Source of the DNA: an uncultured Gemmatimonadales bacterium
GTDB taxonomy: Bacteria; Gemmatimonadota; Gemmatimonadetes; Longimicrobiales; RSA9
Assembly (NCBI GenBank): GCA_963708135.1
Contig: OY970192.1
Location: 544,001 to 608,000 of the forward strand
Direction of reading: 5' to 3'
Length of the DNA: 64,000 bases
Positions within the stretch are counted from its first letter, which is position 1, and each line of letters starts with the position of its first letter. This document shows, piece by piece, positions 57,831-64,000 of the stretch. The notes under the pieces are model-generated. The model was not told the DNA's origin and did not search any database. It saw only the letters and a list, made by a program, of their open reading frames with translations. Position numbers and translations under genes: made by a program.

Positions 57831-57859
57831 AGTATAGCGCCGCGCCGCGCTGGATGGAA
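57831..57859 (-). promoter_or_regulatory. Putative sigma70 promoter of the ligase-GNAT-kamA operon
   Basis: TTCCAT-17-TATACT on the - strand. Confidence 0.6.
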
Positions 57860-57952
57860 GGGCCATGTGCCGTCGTCCGTTGCCGCCGTTGCACCCCTCG
57901 GGCTAGCTTCCCCGCCGGGACGAACTTGCACGGGGAAAGGGCAGATCGAGTC

Positions 57953-59065
57953 ATGCCGACCCTCACGATCGCGCCGCCTCCCGACGAGGCGGCGCCCTAC
58001 GCGGTGCACATCGAGGCGGGCGTGCTGGACCGCCTTCCCGGCGTGCTCTCCGCCGCCGCCCCGGCCCATCGCTACGTCATCGTGACGGACGGGGTCGTGA
58101 ACGCCCTCCTCGGCGCGCGCGTGGCGGGGGTGCTCCGCGACGCCGGGCTGCGCGTCAACATCGTGCCGGTGCCCGCCGGCGAGGCCGCCAAGACGATCCG
58201 CACATGGGAGGAAGTCCAGGAGGCCATGCTCGGGCTCGGCGTCGGCCGCGACGGCTGCGTGCTCGCGCTCGGCGGCGGCGTCGTCGGCGACCTGGCCGGC
58301 TTCGCCGCGGCCACCTACCTGCGCGGAATCCCCGTGGTGCAGGTGCCGACCACGCTGCTCGCGATGATCGATGCCTCCGTGGGCGGGAAGACGGGCGTGG
58401 ACACGCGCGCGGGGAAGAACCTGATCGGCGCGCTCCACCAGCCGCGCGCGGTCGTGGCCGACCCGGAGGTGCTCGCCACGCTCCCTGCTTCCGAGCTGCG
58501 CTCCGGCCTGGCGGAGGCGCTCAAGCACGGCGCCATCCGGGAGCGCGCCTACCTGGAGTGGATCGTGGCGCACGCGGCGGACGTGCTCGCGGGCGACGTC
58601 GCCATCCTCACCGAGCTCATCGCCCGCTCGGTCCGGATCAAGGCCGCGTTCGCGGCCGCCGACCCGCGCGAGGCCGGCCCCCGCCAGGCCCTCAACTTCG
58701 GCCACACGATCGGCCACGCCATCGAGGCGCTCACCGGCTACGCTCTGCGTCACGGCCACGCCGTCGCGGTCGGGATGGTGGCCGAGGGCGCGCTGGGCGA
58801 GCGCATCGGCGTGAGCACGCCCGGCACGGCCGCCGTGCTGCGCAGCGCCGTCGAGGCGCTCGGCCTGCCCGCCCGCGTCCCTGCCGGCATCGCACCCGAC
58901 GACATCCTGGCCGCCGTCCGTGCCGACAAGAAGGCGCGCGCATCCCGCCCCCGCTACATCCTCCTGCGCACGGTCGGCGAGATCGCGCGCGCGCCGGACG
59001 GCGCCTGGACCCACCCCGCCGACGACGCCGCCGTGCGGACGGCGCTCTCGATCCCGGACCGCTGA
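57953..59065 (+). CDS. aroB: 3-dehydroquinate synthase
   Basis: GE.AK, GGGVVGDLAGFAAA, PTTLLAMIDASVGGKTG, EALKHG, LNFGHTIGHAIE, HG.AV; upstream TTGCCG-18-TAGCTT. Confidence 0.96.
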   Translation: MPTLTIAPPPDEAAPYAVHIEAGVLDRLPGVLSAAAPAHRYVIVTDGVVNALLGARVAGVLRDAGLRVNIVPVPAGEAAKTIRTWEEVQEAMLGLGVGRDGCVLALGGGVVGDLAGFAAATYLRGIPVVQVPTTLLAMIDASVGGKTGVDTRAGKNLIGALHQPRAVVADPEVLATLPASELRSGLAEALKHGAIRERAYLEWIVAHAADVLAGDVAILTELIARSVRIKAAFAAADPREAGPRQALNFGHTIGHAIEALTGYALRHGHAVAVGMVAEGALGERIGVSTPGTAAVLRSAVEALGLPARVPAGIAPDDILAAVRADKKARASRPRYILLRTVGEIARAPDGAWTHPADDAAVRTALSIPDR

Positions 59066-59140
59066 TCGGCACCCGTTTCCGCTCCCGGAGCCGGACCCGA
59101 TCCCGCTCCCGATCCTCCACTTTTCCGCCTGCCACTTCGT

Positions 59141-59170
59141 TTGACGGCGATCACCCCCGGCCGCTATGTT
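59141..59170 (+). promoter_or_regulatory. Putative sigma70 promoter
   Basis: TTGACG-18-TATGTT upstream of the acyl-CoA ligase. Confidence 0.55.
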
Positions 59171-59240
59171 TCGTGCCGTTGTCGTTGCCGCCCCGCCGCG
59201 CGGGCGCGGCCGACGTGGAGCGACCCCCGACGGAGGCGTA

Positions 59241-60842
59241 ATGGCGCTCGAGGAGCGCGTTCGTGGCCGGTCTGTCGCCGAAGCATTGCAGGCACGGGCG
59301 GCCGAAGAGCCGGACCGTGTATTCCTGTATTTCGGCGAGCGCAAGTTCACGTACGGACAGGTCGAGGCGCGGGCGTCCGCGCTCGCGGCGGCGCTGCACG
59401 AGCTCGGCCTCGAGCGCGGCGACCGTATCGCGCTGGACCTTCCCAACTGGCCCGAGTTCGTCATCTCGCTCTTCGCCGCCGCGAAGCTCGGCGCGATCAT
59501 CGTGCCCCTCAATCCGCACTTCACCGTGCCCGAGTTGCAGTACATGCTGCGGCACTCGGAGGCGGCGGTCGTGGTCAGCGCGGAGACCTTCGCCGGGATC
59601 GACTACCTGCAGCTCTTCGAGGGCTTCCTGACCTCGCTGCCGGACCTGCAGTACCTGGTCACGGTGGGCGAGGAGGACCTCTGGTACGACGACCGCGTGT
59701 ACCAGTTCGAGGACCTGCTCTCGAGCGGTGAGGGCCGCCCGGTGCCCGACGTCGCGATCGACCCCGCCGAGGACCCCTTCGCCATCCTCTACACCTCCGG
59801 CACCATGGGCAAGCCGAAGGGCGTCGTGCTCACGCACGGCAACCTGCTCTCCACCGCCGCCCGGACCGTGGAGGGAATCGGCCTCACGCCCGATGACGTC
59901 GTGTTCGGCGTGACCACCGTGTTCCACGTGTTCGGGCTGGGTCCAGGGGTGCTCGGCACGCTCGCCGCCGGCGCCTCCCTCGTGCTGCAGGAGCAGTTCG
60001 ATCCGGCGCGCGCCCTCGATCTGATCGAGGCGCACCGCGTGACCGTGCATTACGGCGTGCCGACGGTGTTCATCACCGAGCTGCGCGAGCTCGAGCGTGT
60101 GCGGCCGAACCTGTCCTCGCTGCGCACGGGCATCGTGGCCGGTGCCCCGATCGGCGACGAGCTGGTGCGCCGCATCCGGGGACAGCTCTGTCCGGGGCTC
60201 CAGGTGGCCTACTCGCTGACCGAAACGGCCTCCACGCTGTCCATGACCCGGGCGGATGATCCGGAGAGCAAGCAGACGTACACGGTCGGCCGGCCGCTCG
60301 AGCGGACCGATGTGCGCGTGCTCGACCTGGACGGCACCATCCTCCCGATCGAGAGCCTCGGCGAGATCGCGGTCCGGGGACCGGGGGTGATGAAGGGCTA
60401 CTACCGGCAGCCGGGAGAGACGGCACAGGTGTTCGACGAGGACGGCTATTTCCTCACCGGTGACCTCGGGATCATCGACGAGGAAGGCTACGTCCACATC
60501 GTCGGCCGCCGGAAGGAGCTCATCATCCGCGGTGGCTTCAATGTCTACCCGCGCGAGGTCGAGGACCGGATCCACGCCCATCCGGCCGTACTGGACGTGG
60601 CCGTCGTGGGACTCCCGAACGAGGTGCTGGGCGAGCTGGTGTGCGCTTGCGTCGTCCCCGTGGAGGGCGCGATCATCACCGGCGAGGAGATCAAGGAGTG
60701 GTGCCGCGGCGCGCTGGCGGACTACAAGCTGCCCGACCTGGTCCGCTTCTTCGATACCTTCCCGCTCACGGGAAGCGGCAAGGTGCGGCGCGTCGAGCTG
60801 GCCCGCATGGTCAGCGCCGACGAGTCCAGCCGTCGGCCCTAG
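59241..60842 (+). CDS. AMP-binding acyl-CoA synthetase (class I adenylate-forming enzyme)
   Basis: YTSGTMGKPKG, YSLTET, TGDLG, GRRKELIIRGG.NVYP.EVE, P.TGSGK; SD GGAGG. Confidence 0.93.
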   Translation: MALEERVRGRSVAEALQARAAEEPDRVFLYFGERKFTYGQVEARASALAAALHELGLERGDRIALDLPNWPEFVISLFAAAKLGAIIVPLNPHFTVPELQYMLRHSEAAVVVSAETFAGIDYLQLFEGFLTSLPDLQYLVTVGEEDLWYDDRVYQFEDLLSSGEGRPVPDVAIDPAEDPFAILYTSGTMGKPKGVVLTHGNLLSTAARTVEGIGLTPDDVVFGVTTVFHVFGLGPGVLGTLAAGASLVLQEQFDPARALDLIEAHRVTVHYGVPTVFITELRELERVRPNLSSLRTGIVAGAPIGDELVRRIRGQLCPGLQVAYSLTETASTLSMTRADDPESKQTYTVGRPLERTDVRVLDLDGTILPIESLGEIAVRGPGVMKGYYRQPGETAQVFDEDGYFLTGDLGIIDEEGYVHIVGRRKELIIRGGFNVYPREVEDRIHAHPAVLDVAVVGLPNEVLGELVCACVVPVEGAIITGEEIKEWCRGALADYKLPDLVRFFDTFPLTGSGKVRRVELARMVSADESSRRP

Positions 60843-61185
60843 GCGCGCGCGGCGGAACGCCTTCTGCGACCCTGCGCGGGTCCGCGTGCGGGCACGCACG
60901 CGCCGCCGCAGGCGGCGGGGGAAAGGCCCGGGCTTCGCGGGGTATGAAGCCCCGGCAGCGAGCGGAGCGGCAGGTGCCGCGCAGATGGCCGGGATGAGGA
61001 TGGACAGGGTGCGCGCCGCAGCCCGTCGGCATCCGCTCGCGAAACTCAACGCATGCGTGCCCGCATGCGTAGCAATGGATGCGGGGCTCCTTCTCTGATC
61101 CCGCGGCGCCCCCCCGGATGGGGCTGGCGGCCGCGCAGAGGGGAAGAGGTCCCGCGGAAGGGAACAGTTGACAAGCTCAGGAGAA

Positions 61186-63345
61186 ATGGTCGCCAATTTC
61201 GCACGGTCGCCCCAGGGGCGGCCCACAGTGCCGGTGTACAATGCACCGCATGCTGCGCTGCTCATCGACTTCGACAACGTGACGATGGGGATCCGCAGCG
61301 ACCTCACGAAGGAACTCAAGAACCTCCTCAACAGCGACATCATCAAGGGCAAGGTGGCCGTCCAGCGCGCATACGCGGACTGGCGCCGCTATCCCCAGTA
61401 CATCGTGCCGCTGTCGGAGGCGTCCGTGGACCTGATCTTCGCGCCGGCCTACGGCAGCTCGAAGAAGAACGCCACGGACATCCGCCTGGCCATCGACGCG
61501 CTGGAGCTGGTCTTCACGCGTACCGAGATCGGCACCTACATCCTGCTCTCCGGCGACTCCGACTTCAGCAGCCTCGTGCTCAAGCTGAAGGAGTACGGCA
61601 AGTACGTGATCGGCGTCGGGATCCGGGAGTCGGCCTCCGACCTGCTCGTGCAGAACTGCGACGAGTACTACTCCTACTCGATCCTCACCGGCCTGACGCG
61701 GGCGAGCGACGAGGAGCAGGTGCCGAGCGAGGATCCGTGGGTGCTGGTCGAGCGCGCCATCCGGCAGATGGCCGAGGACGGCGACGTCATGCGCTCCGAC
61801 CGCCTCAAGCAGGTCATGCTCGAGCTCGACCCGAACTTCAACGAGTCCACGCTCGGCTTCAGCAAGTTCAACAAGTTCGTGCAGGAGTCCGCGACCCGGA
61901 ACCTGCTCTCGATCCGCAAGCTGGAGAATGGACAGTACGAGGTCCGGCCGGTGGAGGAAGGCGAGCCGAAGCGAGAGCGCGAGAGCGCCGGCGGTCGCGG
62001 CCGCGCGCGCGGCCGCGACCGGGAGCGGGATCGGGATCGGGATCGGGAGCGGGATCGGGAGCGGGAGCGGGAGCGGGAGCGGGAGCGGGAAAAGCCCCCG
62101 GCCGCAGAGCCGGCGCCGCCCGCCCGCCCGCGGGCGGAGGAGCGCGTCGAGGTGGCCGCCCCGGCGCCGTCGGCCCCCGCGGGCGGCAACGGCCGGGGTC
62201 ACGACCTGCGCGCCGCCTACGATCTGCTGCGTCGCGCCGTGTCGGACGTGGCCGACGGCGCGGGCGAGGCGGCGCGGGATTCGGACGTGAAGCGTCGCAT
62301 GCTGGAGCTCGAGCCCGGTTGGGACGAGAGCACCTTCGGCTTCAGCAAGTTCAGCCGCTTCCTGCGCCAGGCGCATGATGCCGAGGTGATCAACCTGCAG
62401 AAGGCGGACAACGGCATCTACGAGGTGCTCCTTCCCGAGGGCGCCGGCCGGCGCCCGGCCGAGGAGCCGGCGGAGTCCGCACCGCGTGGACGCGTCCGCC
62501 GCGGCGGACGGCGCGAGGCGGAGCCGGAGCCCGCCGAGCCGGCGAAGCCCGCTCCCGAGTCGGCCGCGGAGTCGCGGCCCTCGAAGCCCACCGCGGAGGC
62601 CGCGCCCGCGGAGGCGGAGAAGGTCGCGCCCGCCGTCGAGCGGAAGCAGCCGCCGGCAGCGCCGGCGGAGAAGCCGGCTGCGGCGCAGCAGGCCGCGCGC
62701 CCCGCTCCGGTCAGCCGGCTGGGGCTGCGTCGCGGGACCCGCCGTGGCAGTGCACCTTCCGGCCCGCCGCCGATCCTGCCGGGTCAGGCGGTGCCGAGCA
62801 GCAAGGCGGCGAGCGGCAGGGCGGAGAAGGAGGCCGTCCCCGCGGCGGCGGCGGAGCAGGAGTCTGCGGCGCCGGCCGTGAAGGGGCGTCGCAGCCGCGG
62901 CGGCCGTGGCCGGGGCGGGAAGCGGGAGGCCGCGCCGGAGACCGCGCAGAAGCCGGAGGAGGTTCCGGCCGCGCACGGCCTGGCCGAACGGCTGGAGCTG
63001 CCGACCGACCGCGAGGGCGTCGTCAGCTACCTGAGCCGCCGCTACAAGGGCATCGGGCGGAAGACGGCCGAGATGCTGGCCGATGCCGCGGGACCCGAGC
63101 ACGTGTTCCAGGTGCTGCACGACGAGCCTGACCGGGTCCGCGAGGTGCTGGGCGGCAAGCGGGCGGAGACCCTGCTCGAGGCCTGGGCGGCCGATTACGC
63201 CGGCCGTGCCGCGCGGGATGGAGCCGTGGCGACCGCCGCGACCGAGCCGGAGGAAGGCGAGGAGCCGAAGAGCGGCGCACGAACGCGCGGCCGGCGTGGA
63301 GGGCGGCGCGGTGCCCGGAAGAAGAAGGCCGCCGCCCCGGAATGA
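61186..63345 (+). CDS. NYN-domain (PIN-like) RNase with two LOTUS/OST-HTH domains, an RD/RE repeat and a C-terminal helix-hairpin-helix-like domain
   Basis: IDFDN, AYADW, KNATDIRLAID, SGDSDF; (F/W).ES..GFSKF..F twice; YL...YKGIG.KTA..L near the C-terminus. Start uncertain (61168-61234). Confidence 0.85.
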   Translation: MVANFARSPQGRPTVPVYNAPHAALLIDFDNVTMGIRSDLTKELKNLLNSDIIKGKVAVQRAYADWRRYPQYIVPLSEASVDLIFAPAYGSSKKNATDIRLAIDALELVFTRTEIGTYILLSGDSDFSSLVLKLKEYGKYVIGVGIRESASDLLVQNCDEYYSYSILTGLTRASDEEQVPSEDPWVLVERAIRQMAEDGDVMRSDRLKQVMLELDPNFNESTLGFSKFNKFVQESATRNLLSIRKLENGQYEVRPVEEGEPKRERESAGGRGRARGRDRERDRDRDRERDREREREREREREKPPAAEPAPPARPRAEERVEVAAPAPSAPAGGNGRGHDLRAAYDLLRRAVSDVADGAGEAARDSDVKRRMLELEPGWDESTFGFSKFSRFLRQAHDAEVINLQKADNGIYEVLLPEGAGRRPAEEPAESAPRGRVRRGGRREAEPEPAEPAKPAPESAAESRPSKPTAEAAPAEAEKVAPAVERKQPPAAPAEKPAAAQQAARPAPVSRLGLRRGTRRGSAPSGPPPILPGQAVPSSKAASGRAEKEAVPAAAAEQESAAPAVKGRRSRGGRGRGGKREAAPETAQKPEEVPAAHGLAERLELPTDREGVVSYLSRRYKGIGRKTAEMLADAAGPEHVFQVLHDEPDRVREVLGGKRAETLLEAWAADYAGRAARDGAVATAATEPEEGEEPKSGARTRGRRGGRRGARKKKAAAPE
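62020..62091 (+). repeat. Coding hexanucleotide tandem repeat, 12 x CGGGA(G/T/A), encoding (RE/RD)12
   Basis: Direct reading of the sequence. Confidence 0.95.
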
Positions 63346-63968
63346 GCGGGAGGCGAACGACGGCGGGGGCGGCGCTCCCGCCGTCTTTCTACGAGCGGGA
63401 CACGCAGCGGGTCGCGCGCGAGCTGCTGGGCAGCGTGCTGGTCTCCCGCGTTGGTGGCGTGTGGACGGCCGGGCGCATCGTGGAGACGGAAGCCTACGTC
63501 GGGCCGCACGACCCGGCCTCGCACGCCGCCGAGCGGATCGGCCGCACGGCCCGCAACGCGGCGATGTTCGGCCCGCCGGGTCGGGCCTACGTCTACCGCA
63601 TCTACGGGCTGCATTGGTGTCTGAACGCCGTCACCGGTCCGGAGGGGCAGGGGACGGCGGTGCTCATCCGGGCACTCGAGCCGCTGGAGGGGCTCGAGGT
63701 GATGGCGGAGCGCCGTGCCACCGGAAGCCGGAGCGGGGCCGCGCCGCCGCCCCTTGCCCTCGCGAGCGGCCCCGCGCGGCTCGCGCAGGCGCTGGGCATC
63801 ACGGGGGAGCTCGACACCCACCCGCTGGATGCGCCGCCACTCTGGATCGAGGCGGGCGCGCCGGTCCCGCCGGACGCCGTGGCCGCCGGGCCGCGAATCG
63901 GCGTGACGCGGGCCGCGGACTGGCCGCTCCGCTTCGTGGTCCGGGGCAGCCGCTGGCTCTCTCGCTAG
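63342..63968 (+). CDS. mpg: DNA-3-methyladenine glycosylase (MPG/AAG family)
   Basis: VARELLG, GRIVETEAY, MFGPPG.AYVY..YG.H.CLN, AVLIRALEP, GP.RL, RIGV. Confidence 0.95.
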   Translation: MSGRRTTAGAALPPSFYERDTQRVARELLGSVLVSRVGGVWTAGRIVETEAYVGPHDPASHAAERIGRTARNAAMFGPPGRAYVYRIYGLHWCLNAVTGPEGQGTAVLIRALEPLEGLEVMAERRATGSRSGAAPPPLALASGPARLAQALGITGELDTHPLDAPPLWIEAGAPVPPDAVAAGPRIGVTRAADWPLRFVVRGSRWLSR

Positions 63969-64000
63969 CGCGCTTCGATTCGCTATGTGTTGATCTGATA

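Noticed and set aside
59066..59120. Degenerate intergenic hexamer repeats (also about 2180-2215 and 30880-30915)
   Set aside because: Short low-complexity spacers with no consistent unit or structure; no function can be supported.
60915..60945. GGGGAAAGGCCCGGGC resembling the RNase P RNA GAGGAAAGUCCGGGC motif
   Set aside because: Imperfect match, and the other universal elements (e.g. 3' ACAGAA.CCGGCUUA) are absent.

Overview
Very GC-rich bacterial chromosomal segment, densely coding and mostly on the + strand. The gene content (SusC/SusD pair, stand-alone plug-domain lipoprotein, TamAB, long-form NagB) suggests a diderm, probably Gemmatimonadota; this is inference only. It contains housekeeping genes (def, fmt, thiE/S/G, rsmB, tsaD, tamAB, htpX, efp, uvrA, pspA, tyrS, folK, aroB, mpg). 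It also holds a ~13.4 kb peptidoglycan/amino-sugar salvage locus (NamZ fused to a class A beta-lactamase fold, NagZ, NagZ-AmiE fusion, two sodium:solute symporters, NagB-PIG-L, BadF-type kinase), a SusC/SusD pair and an NYN-LOTUS RNase-like protein. The best candidate for an undescribed system is a tightly coupled minus-strand operon of two non-canonical Ddl-like ATP-grasp ligases, a GNAT acetyltransferase and a lysine 2,3-aminomutase (53747-57688). Its 5' leader has a sigma70-like promoter, two adjacent hairpins sharing an NGCCGA loop and an intrinsic terminator, i.e. a candidate riboswitch/attenuator controlling synthesis of a beta-lysine-containing product. Two single-base frameshifts (histidine kinase, NagZ-AmiE) and a folK without a canonical start may be assembly errors. 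No tRNA, rRNA, CRISPR array or transposase was recognised. All calls come from reading motifs by eye; no database search or folding program was run.
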